Under the pieces are notes generated by a model. The model was given only the letters and a program-made list of their open reading frames with translations, searched no databases and was not told where the DNA came from. The position numbers and the translations under genes were made by a program. A stretch of 63,542 nucleotides of DNA, the filler included, from Octopus bimaculoides (taxonomy: Eukaryota), in the NCBI RefSeq assembly GCF_001194135.2. It is 4 parts of 3 records of this genome, joined end to end, with 100 filler letters (N's around TTAATTAATTAA, not from the genome) between each part and the next. Parts side by side here need not be neighbours in the genome. Positions count along the whole stretch, not along the records: positions 1 to 29,990 come from NC_069000.1; 3 more parts are not named here. One strand, written 5' to 3'. Shown here in pieces: positions 12,353-25,360 of this stretch (positions are counted from its first letter, which is position 1; every line of letters begins with the position of its first letter).

Positions 12353-13105
12353 CATAACACTCAACATTGCTATCTTTTTTAAGGAGAAATTTCTATCCCT
12401 CATCCATTTTTAATTCTTATGCAGTACGCAAATACATATCTCTTTTTGTATAGAAAAGCCAATATTGAACACAATTACATTCTGTAATGTAATAAGCATC
12501 TATGACAATAAAATAAAATGCTTATATCGGTTTATAATACTCTGACGCACACTCACACGCACACATGTATAACCAGCTATCACAGCTCTCTCTCTTTTTC
12601 TTACATATATTTATAAATATAAGTGTGTGTGTGTATATATATATGTATATGTGCGTGGTCGTGGTGGTTGTGGTGGTCGTCGTGGTCGTCGTCGTCGTCG
12701 TGGTGACGACGACGACAATGATGATGATGATGATGATGATGATGATGGTGACGACGACGACAATGATGATGAGGATGACGATGATGATGATAACAACGCC
12801 AACGACGATGATGATAAGGATAAGGATAAGGATTTAAAGTAAAAAGAAATTAAAAAAAAAACGAAAGACGTTAAATCTCATTTCTTCTAAATGAAAATTC
12901 AACTTCTAACTTCTTTTTCCTTTTGTTTTTTCTGTTCTCTCTTTTTTTACTTTACTTTTTCTCCCTTCTTTTCTGTTTTCTTTCTTTCTTTATCTTTCTA
13001 TTTTAATTTCCTTTCAGATCCTTATTTTAGCCTTTGTTCTATGATAAGCAGCCAAGTCGATAAACTGTGCGTATATTTTTAGTAAATCTAAATTTGTCGC
13101 GTTAT

Positions 13106-13825
13106 GTCATTAGCATCTTGCAGTTATTAGCATCTTGCAGTTATTAGCATCTTGCAGTTATTAGCATCTTGCAGTCATTAGCATCTTGCAGTTATTAGCA
13201 TCTTGCAGTTATTAGCATCTTGCAGTCATTAGCATCTTGCAGTCATTAGCATCTTGCAGTTATTAGCATCTTGCAGTTATTAGCATCTTGCAGTTATTAG
13301 CATCTTGCAGTCATTAGCATCTTGCAGTTATTNNNNNNNNNNNNNNNNNNNNNNNNNNNNNNNNNNNNNNNNNNNNNNNNNNNNNNNNNNNNNNNNNNNN
13401 NNNNNNNNNNNNNNNNNNNNNNNNNNNNNNNNNNNNNNNNNNNNNNNNNNNNNNNNNNNNNNNNNNNNNNNNNNNNNNNNNNNNNNNNNNNNNNNNNNNN
13501 NNNNNNNNNNNNNNNNNNNNNNNNNNNNNNNNNNNNNNNNNNNNNNNNNNNNNNNNNNNNNNNNNNNNNNNNNNNNNNNNNNNNNNNNNNNNNNNNNNNN
13601 NNNNNNNNNNNNNNNNNNNNNNNNNNNNNNNNNNNNNNNNNNNNNNNNNNNNNNNNNNNNNNNNNNNNNNNNNNNNNNNCATTAGCATCTTGCAGTCATT
13701 AGCATCTTGCAGTCATTAGCATCTTGCAGTCATTAGCATCTTGCAGTCATTAGCATCTTGCAGTCATTAGCATCTTGCAGTCATTAGCATCTTGCAGTCA
13801 TTAGCATCTTGCAGTCATTAGCATC
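13106..13825. repeat. 17-bp minisatellite (TTAGCATCTTGCAGT[C/T]A)n spanning a gap
   Basis: About 13 units before and about 8 after the N-gap; only one variable position. Confidence 0.97.
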
Positions 13826-15826
13826 ACCGTTAGTATTTTTCCAGCAGCAGCAGCAGCAGTGTCGTCGTTGTCATCTCCGTCTTCATCATCATCACCATCG
13901 TAATCATCACCAAGTTAGTTGTTGTCGTCATCATCATCATCAACATCATCGTTATTGTCATCGGCATCGTCATCATCTCATGGTTGCACTGAATCATAAA
14001 ATCCCATAGGATCTTTGCATTTCTATTTTCATATTTGTGGTCGTACCAATTTTTTGTTCTGTCAAGTCCATACTTGTTGCTAAGTGACCAATGGACAAGA
14101 CTGGCTATATTGTCGTGATGTCTCTTATATTCCTTGTGGGCTAGTGACGTACATTGGCTGGTTATATGCCATACGGTTTCACCGTTTTGCCCATCGTCAT
14201 CATCATCATCATCATCATCATCATTACAACTGTGTTTCTTCTGATAAAATTGAAAAAACCGACCTTAGCTGTAAAAATTTTAGACCTGGGCTTGCATTCC
14301 TTGAACAAATTTCGTTCCTGCATTTACGCTTATCTACAGTCTGAGTTTAATTCAGTTCTTCCAATATTACCTTTAGCTACTTTCTCTAATCCCATATTCA
14401 TGCTTTGGCAAAACGAACGAAGAGTGTTTCAAATTCCAGCCGTGGCTCTCTCATCTTTCCCCTTTCCCAGACACGATATATCAAACAAGATTCTTTCACG
14501 CGTCATTCCATTTACTTAAGACGGTAAGGTGTGATTTCAGGCAGAATTTAGTAATTATTTCAAGGTGCTCGAGCGACAAGTGGTCCCTCCTACATTGGCA
14601 AGGGTTCGTCGTAGTCACCGTTGGCAGTGGGAATGGAGGGAGGTGGTAGTGGTGTTGGTGGTAGTGGTGGTGGTGGTGGTGGCGGCGGCGGTGTTGGCGT
14701 ATCATCCTAAAGTTAAGGGGTATCACAGATGCCTGTAATTATGGAGTTTACAGGACAATACTTGTAATATAGGTTTTGGCAGTAGTACTTATATATTAGT
14801 CATTGTCTACGAATGATATTAATGGTAATGGCTGCGATAATGATAGTGGTATGTGCACTGGTGGGGGGAGGGTGATGGTGGTGGTGCTTGAAGTTGTAGC
14901 GTTGAAGGANNNNNNNNNNNNNNNNNNNNNNNNNNNNNNNNNNNNNNNNNNNNNNNNNNNNNNNNNNNNNNNNNNNNNNNNNNNNNNNNNNNNNNNNNNN
15001 NNNNNNNNNNNNNNNNNNNNNNNNNNNNNNNNNNNNNNNNNNNNNNNNNNNNNNNNNNNNNNNNNNNNNNNNNNNNNNNNNNNNNNNNNNNNNNNNNNNN
15101 NNNNNNNNNNNNNNNNNNNNNNNNNNNNNNNNNNNNNNNNNNNNNNNNNNNNNNNNNNNNNNNNNNNNNNNNNNNNNNNNNNNNNNNNNNNNNNNNNNNN
15201 NNNNNNNNNNNNNNNNNNNNNNNNNNNNNNNNNNNNNNNNNNNNNNNNNNNNNNNNNNNNNNNNNNNNNNNNNNNNNNNNNNNNNNNNNNNNNNATATAT
15301 ATATAGTTATATATATTCTATATTTTATAATATAAATATATATTTAGATATACATGTAAGACATATTAATGTAGTTACATATAAATAAATATACACTCAT
15401 ATATGATATATATTATAGATATAGCTTCATATAAATATATGTATAGATGCAAGCCTATATATATACATATACATATATAATATATGTATATGTATATAAT
15501 TATAATATATATATACATACATGCTTATACTTATATTCATCCATACATATACACATGCAAATGCATATATATATGTGTATATGTATATATATATATATGT
15601 ATGTATATATGTTTGTATGTATATATGTTTGTATGTATATATGTTTGAATGTATATATTATGAGTCTAAGAGTAGATATCAGGGTGAGTATCAAGTTTTC
15701 TGTCTACTCTAAAACTGTAATCGCAGTATTTATCGTCTGTTATTTCGTAAACATTAGTATACAAAAACATATACATACACATATACACATTCATATACAT
15801 ACAAACACACACACAAACACACACAA

Positions 15827-15869
<43 letters not shown>

Positions 15870-16414
15870 NNNNNNNNNNNNNNNNNNNNNNNNNNNNNNN
15901 NNNNNNNNNNNNNNNNNNNNNNNNNNNNNNNNNNNNNNNNNNNNNNNNNNNNNNNNNNNNNNNNNNNNNNNNNNNNNNNNNNNNNNNNNNNNNNNNNNNN
16001 NNNNNNNNNNNNNNNNNNNNNNNNNNNNNNNNNNNNNNNNNNNNNNNNNNNNNNNNNNNNNNNNNNNNNNNNNNNNNNNNNNNNNNNNNNNNNNNNNNNN
16101 NNNNNNNNNNNNNNNNNNNNNNNNNNNNNNNNNNNNNNNNNNNNNNNNNNNNNNNNNNNNNNNNNNNNNNNNNNNNNNNNNNNNNNNNNNNNNNNNNNNN
16201 NNNNNNNNNNNNNNNNNNNNNNNNNNNNNNNNNNNNNNNNNNNNNNNNNNNNNNNNNNNNNNNNNNNNNNNNNNNNNNNNNNNNNNNNNNNNNNNNNNNN
16301 NNNNNNNNNNNNNNNNNNNNNNNNNNNNNNNNNNNNNNNNNNNNNNNNNNNNNNNNNNNNNNNNNNNNNNNNNNNNNNNNNNNNNNNNNNNNNNNATATA
16401 TATATATATATATA

Positions 16415-16553
16415 AAGCTTGCTTTCCCACTACATCGTTCCGGGTTCAGTCCCACTGCGAAACACTTTGGGCAAGTGCCTTCTACTATAACCTCGGGCTG
16501 ACTAAAGCCTTGTGACTGGATCTTGTAGATGGCAACTGAAAGAAGCCCATCGT
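16415..16553 (+). mobile_element. SINE family A, 5' half
   Basis: CCGGGTTCAGTCCCACTGCG...TTGGGCAAGTG...CTGAAAGAAGCCC matches the other family A copies. Confidence 0.88.
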
Positions 16554-16773
16554 ATATGAGTGTGCGTGTGTGTACGTGTGTATACATGAATACATATAAT
16601 AAAAGTTTGACTCAGATCCACATAAAGTTTCTCTCGCATAGGACACATCCACCTTGTCACATATTTGTAACGTCAGATGTATAACGTAGAGCTGATTCAA
16701 ATGTATACATTTAAATAAGCTTGTATCTCAAATCAAATATACTGATAGCTTCTTTCTTTCATTCTTCCACTCA

Positions 16774-16816
<43 letters not shown>

Positions 16817-16853
16817 TATGTGTGTGTGCGTCTGTATATATACATACATACAT

Positions 16854-16920
<67 letters not shown>

Positions 16921-17335
16921 AAGGAGGAGTGAAATGTATGTGACAAAGATAAATATTTTTATATAACGTCACATGTACATTAATACTTGACAGTATGATA
17001 TACGCAGTTTTAAAAATATTCTGCGCCTAAGATATCTGATATCAAATTTTCTTTATCAAATGATTTTACAATATGTCAACTAATGGACTTCAAACTTCAT
17101 AAGTACTCATACAAAACTGATTGCGATTCAATGATGTTTTGACTGATTTCTGTAGTTTCTTTATGCAAGCTTAATGTTGTCTCTTTGTATTGCTTCATAT
17201 TATCTACGCTTAGTAGAATCTCTGACTTACTACCAGTATTATTATTATAGTTAGTATTCTTAATATCATTACTACTACTATTAATACCACTACTAGTACT
17301 AATACTACTACTACTGCTACTATTATTATTATTAA

Positions 17336-17892
17336 TGAGCGAGAGAACAGAGTATGCCATCAAAGTGACACTGGGGTACAAATATACAAAGCCCATTATA
17401 CCCATCATGACTACCCGTCTGATAAGGGTACACCAGGCACATGCATCACAACCATATATGCGCGACATGGTGATCTCATATCAAGATAAACTGTGAATGA
17501 CCTTGCAGGTGGGGGGGGCAGTTAGAATTTTCATCAGGTCGAGTAGTCCATTCCGCTCAAAAGGTCCCTGAATAAGGTTGTTTAAGGATGTTGAGCAAAA
17601 CACCAATGTTTCCAAAGGTGAATTATTCAAACCCCAAGGAATTCCTCTCAACACATGGCTATGACGCTCCCCCACTACTTCTGCTCATGATCAGAGATGC
17701 ACATATCATCAGCCACCAAGGGACATGCTCAACTGGTTAAGGTCAAACAACTGACATGCAAATCTGTGGTATTGAGCACAATATTTACTGTAGCCTATCT
17801 TATATACTAAGACAAAACAATGTGCAAGATAACACTTCTAATCTGTTGAGATCAGAAGCCATGAGAGCCACTGCCTGGTACTGTTTCAGGGC
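17336..17892 (-). mobile_element. ~560-bp non-coding retro-like repeat (family E), full copy in an AAT/GAT context
   Basis: Homologous to 42246-42684 and 42844-42951. On the minus strand it ends ...CTCTCGCTCATTAATAATAAT. Strand inferred from the AAT tail. Confidence 0.8.
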
Positions 17893-18991
17893 AAAATTAT
17901 CATCATTATCATCATCATCATCATCATAATCATCATCACAAAATAAATATTTCTAAGATGGTATAAGACTACAAAAGAATATATTAAACTTTACAAGACT
18001 TTAAAAAACATGAGTTGACTCTTCTACACATGTTTTGAAATACAACTTGGAGAGCCTGACAGTTGAAGACTCAGGATGAAAAAAATTCACTGCGGAGAGA
18101 CTTTTTGAACAGCCTGTATTTCATGTTTCGGACCTTCTTTAATGCCGGATAATTCGTCGTTTACGCTATATTTCTGTACTATACGAGTATTTATTTATTT
18201 AGTTTTCTTTCTGGTTGTGTTATATGGTTTGGGGCTTCATTAGGATATTTATCTTTTTTTTTCTTTCCATTTTGTACATATTTTCATATTCTCTTATGTC
18301 TCTTATGAGAAGATTTGAAGAAACAAATACATTTGTTTTTTAACTACAGCAGCTTTTGCAGACAATATTTGATTTAAACTGGTGATATTGATATTCATAA
18401 CCGTTTTTAATAAAGTCATTCAATGACAGGTTCCAAATCCCTGCTGATAGTACGGCATCATAGATTTTTATCCTTTCTACGAATTTTGGTGGATCATAAG
18501 ATTATATACAGTTTTTAATTGTTTAATTATTTCCAACTTTAGATAGTCAACTTCGAAAATTTCTCATTTAAAATACCCTTCTTTGAAAACTCGACCATAT
18601 TTCCTTCTATTTACAAATTTTTGTTGTGTGTTTGTAAAGATGGCTTCGATCATTCCCAAGACAACTATTAATATGAAGTTCTTTCTGTTTTCGGCATCCA
18701 CGCTTGGGTTCTCTCTGTTTAGAAATCTTTATATCTGGATAGAATATAGAAATTCATCACAGACATATTGTCGACCGTTACAATAGATATATTGATTAAG
18801 AGATATTTTCTACTCACTTGAACGTTTGATAATAATACAAAAAGGATTAGCCAGTGTAAATATATATATATATATATATATAAACTTATATATGTAAATA
18901 TACACACAGATATACGTATCTATATAAATGTACTTATAAATATGTAGGTATATATTTTTAAATGCATATATATGTGCGTAAACGTATATAC

Positions 18992-19053
<62 letters not shown>

Positions 19054-19523
19054 TTAAATATATATACATATATGTGTGTGTACGTGTATATATACAGATA
19101 TGTACACATACATATATATACATACATACATGTGTGTTTGTATGTATACACGCTATACATACACATCCACGTGTCCAAAAATGCAGATTATACGCTCACA
19201 CATATACACATTTACATACATTCTTGTACATATGTGTAAATTAGGCGGCAAATATATTTACTATAAATATTTAGCGCTTGTAAGCACCGACTGAGATGAA
19301 AAATCAAAGAGAAACAGGAAGAGCAAACCCCTAACTGGAATCGAAAATTACTTATATATCTGCAGTAGACGATGGGGAGACAACTTTCCACCGATTATAA
19401 TTCCATAGGTCTGGGTTCGTTTCCGTATCTTTCTCAAATTATGTGCACACACAGAGCAATTTTTACACATACGATTAGAATTATATGAAAGATAGGTAGA
19501 TACATACTTAACTAGATATATCT

Positions 19524-19583
<60 letters not shown>

Positions 19584-19981
19584 GCGCTCTTGAATCCTTT
19601 TCTCAAGCAATTTCAGTCTCACTCTCCTTATCACCCCATTTTTCATCCTGCATCCCCCCCCTACTTCATTTTGTAGCTGTTTTGCTTAAGCACATCTCCA
19701 CCTTCAGTTACTCGCATTACTAGAACTCCACAAACTACGCCCTCGCATTACCAGAACTACACACACACACTCAACACACGATCGTTATCGCTGCCACCAT
19801 CATCGCCAGCACCACCAACACCACCGTCAACAACGACAACAGCAATAAATCATCAGCCACTTACACTAATTGACGAATTTCCTGCAGTAAATCAAGACTT
19901 TACAGTTACATACCACATGTTTAGTGTAAGGCTGAAAATGGTGTCCATTACATCACTGCACAAATGGCATAACCAGCCATG

Positions 19982-20057
<76 letters not shown>

Positions 20058-20394
20058 CATCCATATGTGCTTGATTATGCTTGGGCATATATTTCTGTGC
20101 GCATATGTGCATGTGCGTATATATGTGCGTTTTGTGTGATATTATACATGAAAGCAATCAAACATTAGTGACAGAACATTCAATATATTCAAGCAGAATA
20201 TTTTCAACTTATTTTTACGTGGAAAAATTTGACAGTAAATTCGAAGTCTTACTGGTGATTGACGTTGTCAAGAAGTCGATTTCCTTGGAAGTCCACATAA
20301 GATTTTGCTGTTAAACTCTACGTGCCATAAATTGGTTATATACTTCTACAATACATAAAATATTTTAACAATTTTGCTTTATACAATTCGTAAT

Positions 20395-20509
20395 ATTGAA
20401 TTATAAAAATATAATGGGACCTTTTAAAGCTTTGAATTCTATGGGGGTCCAGCAGAGTAAAAACAGGAATCAAAGGTGTCCATAGGTATAATATGGTTGA
20501 GAACCACTG
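20395..20509 (-). mobile_element. hAT/Charlie-like non-autonomous DNA transposon end
   Basis: Reverse strand begins CAGTGGTTCTCAACC, a typical hAT-Charlie TIR start. The other terminus is not found. Confidence 0.55.
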
Positions 20510-20564
20510 CTTTAGTTGATTTGTATTCATATCATAAGCGATTCACCGGTGTAGGTGGGGCGAT

Positions 20565-20612
20565 CTTCGAAACAACTTTCGACCACATTGTATATCTCCG
20601 CAGTCAATGCTA
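20565..20612 (-). ncRNA. Degenerate type I HHR, family 3
   Basis: Reverse strand CAUUGA-CUGCGGA-GAU(AUACAAUGUG)GUC-GAAA-GUUGUU-UCGAAG. A6 reads C; stem III is eroded. Confidence 0.55.
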
Positions 20613-20885
20613 CACAACCGGACCGAAGAATCTAGTAAAAAAAAAACAAGCTCTCGTTTATAAAAATTAGCAAGCAAGTTATTTGCTGATGGTTGCTGAT
20701 GTCTGTCAACCAGATTATAATTTGTTTGGTGTACACAAAACAGCGGCAATCAAAAGAATAACATATTTGTTCATTCTCAATACGGTCTGGCAGATTCGAA
20801 TGTAAATATTTGATCGCTGTTGTTTCATGTCGTTTGAGAATATCTCCCTTTAGACTATGCCTGGCCATAACACGCGATTCAACGA

Positions 20886-20932
20886 TTTCGAAATAACCCG
20901 ATGTTTCGACCTTTGTGTCTCCTCAGTGAAAG
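20886..20932 (-). ncRNA. Type I HHR, family 3 (core boxes intact, stem III mismatch)
   Basis: Reverse strand CUUUCA-CUGAGGA-GAC(ACAAAG)GUC-GAAAC-A(UCGGGU)UAUU-UCGAAA. Confidence 0.72.
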
Positions 20933-21397
20933 CTACTTCCTTTAACCAATGTATCTAATAAGACTATAAACTCTTCTTTATTGAAATCAGGAAACAAAAT
21001 AGTTGCTGACGCGTTCTGATGTCTTACATAATTGCCAAATATGTAAGTCATGAGAGAAGACAGACAGGAAGTTAACTGCATTATGTCATTTTCGTTTTTA
21101 CTTATATATATTTTTTTTTCTAGTGAACACAATACAAATTGCAGTCATAAAAATATATGGTCGCATTTGTTCTTTAAAAAAAAACTATTCTTTTCTGTTT
21201 CTCTTCCTTGATCTGTTATTTGAGGAATGGCACTATGAAGTACCATTATTAAGTACGATGATATCAAGGTCTTGCAGTTAAAGATGATGTGACGTACCTT
21301 CAAGAGACAACTAAAAGCAAATCATCTGACGAGAAATAGACCAACGATAATGAACATGGACTATATATATATATATGTGTATATATATATATATATT

Positions 21398-21615
21398 GGT
21401 GTGGCTGTGTGGTAAGTAGCTTGCTTCCCAACTACATGGTTCCGGGTTCAGTCCCACAGCGTAGCCCCTTGGGCAAGTGTCTTCCACTATAGCCTGAGGC
21501 GGACCAAAGCGTTTAGTGTGGACTTGGTTGACGGAAACTGAGAGAAGCCCGCCGTATATATAAATGCGTGTGTGTGTGTGTGTGTGTGTGGGTGTGTGTG
21601 TGTGTGGTTGTGTTT

Positions 21616-21647
<32 letters not shown>

Positions 21648-21775
21648 TTGTGCGTGTTCGGCAAAATAGACCGCTAGAATAAGTACTAGGCTTACAAAGA
21701 ATAAGTCCTGGGGTCGATTTGCTCGAGTAAAAGGCGGTGCTCCAGCATGGCCGCAGTCAAATGACTGAAACAAAG
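21398..21775 (+). mobile_element. SINE family A (head and tail, central deletion)
   Basis: GGTGTGGCTGTGTGGTAAGTAGC head, (TG)n middle, tail GGCGGTGCTCCAGCATGGCCGCAGTCAAATGACTGAAAC. Confidence 0.9.
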
Positions 21776-22374
21776 ACGACAAAATATTGACATATTCCTA
21801 TACACGTAGTGACATGCCTGCAAACTCACATATACTCATACGTATACTGATGTATAATATATACATATTTCTATTGTTTCTCTGCGCATATGCACATATC
21901 CAAACATGCATATACCCACCTCTATATTTGCATAAAAGATTTGCACACACGTGCAGGTATCTGCACTCGCAAATGTACTCGTTTGTCGCCATACTTCTAT
22001 GCAGATTTCATTTAATGTAAGGACGAAAATCTGACCTTATACATGCGCTTAACCGTGTATTATACGCATACACACGTCTACATACGTATATTAAATTTAT
22101 ATATGTGTGTGTGAATGTACATAAAATTATATATANNNNNNNNNNNNNNNNNNNNNNNNNNNNNNNNNNNNNNNNNNNNNNNNNNNNNNNNNNNNNNNNN
22201 NNNNNNNNNNNNNNNNNNNNNNNNNNNNNNNNNNNNNNNNNNNNNNNNNNNNNNNNNNNNNNNNNNNNNNNNNNNNNNNNNNNNNNNNNNNNNNNNNNNN
22301 NNNNNNNNNNNNNNNNNNNNNNNNNNNNNNNNNNNNNNNNNNNNNNNNNNNNNNNNNNNNNATATATATATATA

Positions 22375-22409
<35 letters not shown>

Positions 22410-22968
22410 TCATGTACACACACATACATACACACAGATATATACTCACACAAATACATACATTAAATGCATATTAAGCATACACACACATAACTATACA
22501 CGCTCCTTTCTTTCTGTCTCTTTCTTACCATTTTCGTTCAATAACCATTGTAAGTGTTTAAAAGCGAGCCCGGAAGAATTTTTCCGTTAATATCTTCATT
22601 CTTTCATTCTTCCATTCTTTCATTCTCATTTTTTTTTTCTTTCACATTTTAACACTTTCATATATTCTTCCTCGTTTTTATTTTCCTACCATTTTTCTTT
22701 TTTTATTGTTTTTTTTCTTTTATCTCTTGTTTTTTTTTTCAACTAATGTTCCGAAACTTTGGCCAATATTCGTCAAGAAATGTCTCTATTCCCCTTTTCT
22801 TCAAAAAAAGACAAGAAGATAATACGATAAAAATGATACAACTGCGAATGTCTTTGATAAGCAAAATGTACCAAAATGGCTTTTGCATTCGTTCCTCTAA
22901 AACGTAATATTCTGGGAGAGGACGTGAATTCCATGTTTGTGTTTTTTCTTTCCTTCCTATTTCCAATA

Positions 22969-22999
<31 letters not shown>

Positions 23000-23091
23000 A
23001 CACACGCACACTCTCATACATACATATATACGCATATATATAGATGTAAAGATATATTATGTATGTATATATATATATATTATATATATAA

Positions 23092-23155
<64 letters not shown>

Positions 23156-23581
23156 GCAAAATATATTGTACACATATATACATATGCACATATAGATATA
23201 TACGTTCTTACATACATGTGTGTACGCATGCGTGTGTGTGTGTGTGTGTATGCGTACTTCATTTTATCTACCTAACACGTATTCTATTTTATTTTTCTTA
23301 TATCGGTGTTCCTTGCTATCTACCCATCTATCTGCCTATTAATCTCACATTTTCTCTCTCCTCTATCCGCCGTAGCCTCGCATTCATTTCTGTGTCTCTA
23401 TCTTTCTATCTGTCCATCTGTTTATCTCCTAAATCAGTGTCTTATTCGTCTTTCCTTTGCTCTCTGACTCTCTTCTCCATTCTCTCTCCCTCACTCTCTC
23501 TCTCTCTCTAATTATACATACATATTTACACACACACATACACATACACACACACATATATATATATATATATGTATATAT

Positions 23582-23740
23582 GACGGGCTTCATTCAGTTT
23601 CCATCTACGAAGTCCTTTCACAAGGCTTTGATCGTTACGAAGGCTATAGTAGAAGACACTTGCCCAAGGTGGCGTGCAGTGGGACTGAATCCGGAACTAT
23701 GTGGTTGGTAAACAAGTTACTTACCACACAGCCACTCCTG
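23582..23740 (-). mobile_element. SINE family A, 5' half
   Basis: Reverse complement of the family A head. Confidence 0.88.
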
Positions 23741-24092
23741 CACCTATATGTATATATACATATGTATATGTGTGTGTGTATATATNNNNNNNNNNNNNNN
23801 NNNNNNNNNNNNNNNNNNNNNNNNNNNNNNNNNNNNNNNNNNNNNNNNNNNNNNNNNNNNNNNNNNNNNNNNNNNNNNNNNNNNNNNNNNNNNNNNNNNN
23901 NNNNNNNNNNNNNNNNNNNNNNNNNNNNNNNNNNNNNNNNNNNNNNNNNNNNNNNNNNNNNNNNNNNNNNNNNNNNNNNNNNNNNNNNNNNNNNNNNNNN
24001 NNNNNNNNNNNNNNNNNNNNNNNNNNNNNNNNNNNNNNNNNNNNNNNNNNNNNNATATATATATATATATACATGTGTATATGTATTTTCAC

Positions 24093-24271
24093 TTGTTTTG
24101 GCTAGACTTGATGTCATCCGAAACAACCGGTGTAGCTGCTAAACTGACAAAATTCTTTATCAACGCCATCGAAGCGAAAATATCATTGAAGCTAGCCTCT
24201 TCTTCATAGCAATAGAGTTGTTTGACAAACGTCTGTGGCAACATTCTATGGTTTTGTGTGTCAGACCGCTG
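24093..24271 (-). CDS. Candidate coding exon, product unidentified
   Basis: Pyrimidine-rich acceptor TTTCTTTCTACCCAG, then the only open frame QRSDTQNHRMLPQTFVKQLYCYEEEASFNDIFASMALIKNFVSLAATPVVSDDIKSSQN. Ends at a weak donor GTGAAA or at TGA. No partner exon or family recognised. Confidence 0.3.
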
Positions 24272-24660
24272 CTGGGTAGAAAGAAATATATAAACAGACC
24301 TGATATTAGTTTTTACTGTATTTTGTATGTCAGTCGTGAACACCATTTGATCTTAGTTTTGACATAGCCTTTTGTTGACTTTAATATATACATTTACTCT
24401 GTCGTAGAACCTAAACAAACATTTGATACAATCAGACGTTAACATATCTCGGATTGATTTCGACTCCATTTGCAACTTAAAACTTGGACAATATCGTGTT
24501 TCAAATTGTGTAAATAAAAACGAAGATTTTATCCGGCCAAAACATAATAAAATCTGAGATTAGTCTAGTGTAAATATAACCTTGGGTTTATCTGGCCGAA
24601 TCTTTGATTGGCACTGAGATTATGTGAGACAGTAATGTAAAATTATATCGAAGCCTGCAT

Positions 24661-25075
24661 GAAGGCAGCGAGCGGGAAGAATCGTTAGCATGCCTGGCTT
24701 AGAGACATTTCGTCCATCTTAGTTCTTCGCTCAAATTCCATTAAGGCCAACTTTGTCTTTCATCCTTTAGGGGTCGTAGAATAAGAGAACCAGTTGAACA
24801 CTGGGGTCGATGTAGTCCATTTACTTCCAACTCGAAACTGACCGGCCTTGAACCAAAAGTTGGGAATCACTATTTCTCAAAGGCGGCGAGCTGGAAGGTC
24901 GTTAGTACGCCGGACAAAATGCTTAGCGGCATTTCGTTCGTCTACGCGTTCTGAGTACAAATTCCACAGAGATCGATTTTGGCTTTCGTCCTTTACGGGT
25001 CGATAAAATATAAGAACCAGTTACGCACTGGAGTCGATGTAATCGACTTAACCCCTCCCCTGCCAAAAGCTGAAG
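24661..25075 (+). mobile_element. Head-to-tail dimer of SINE family B
   Basis: Heads AAGGCAGCGAGCGGGAAGAATCGTTAGC (~24662) and AAGGCGGCGAGCTGGAAGGTCGTTAG (~24879), each followed by the TTTC(A/G)TCCTTT..GGGTCG core. Confidence 0.85.
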
Positions 25076-25260
25076 TCGTTATTCTGAATGAATGTGAGAT
25101 CATCTAAAGTGAGAACGAGGCTCTGTGTGTGTATGTGTTGTGTGTGTGTGTGTGTGAGTGTGTGTGTGTGTGTAGATATTTAGGGAGACAATAAGAGAAG
25201 AAAAGAGAGAGAGAGAGAGAAAGAAATAGAGGAAGAAAGAAAGAAAGAAAGAAAGACAGA

Positions 25261-25360
25261 ATGATGACACTCTCGTTGCAATGATGACACTCTCGTTGCA
25301 ATGATGACACTCTCGTTGCAATGATGACACTCTCGTTGCAATGATGACACTCTCGTTGCA
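25261..25360. repeat. 20-bp minisatellite (ATGATGACACTCTCGTTGCA)x5
   Basis: Five identical units. Confidence 0.97.

Larger units (their letters stand above)
20530..21060 (-). mobile_element. Tandem ~320-bp HHR-containing units (retrozyme-like, family 3)
   Basis: Unit marker CA(A/G)CAA-TA-TTG(T/C)TT(C/G)CT-ATT recurs at ~20985-21005 and ~20665-20690. Two HHR-like motifs lie 323 bp apart. Homologous to 48440-49090 on the opposite strand. Confidence 0.75.

Noticed and set aside
20253-20307. Possible 55-nt minus exon (TTTAACAG ... CCA|GTAAGA)
   Set aside because: Weak pyrimidine tract; joining it to the 24.1-kb candidate gives an early stop.
20543-21132. Three minus-strand ORFs resembling a membrane-protein exon
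   Set aside because: The region is a tandem HHR-bearing repeat; the stop coincides with the ribozyme core, and frames are not conserved in the 48-kb homologue.
13106-25360. 17-mer and 20-mer arrays as CRISPR-like repeats
   Set aside because: Units are contiguous with no spacers, there are no cas genes, and the context is eukaryotic.
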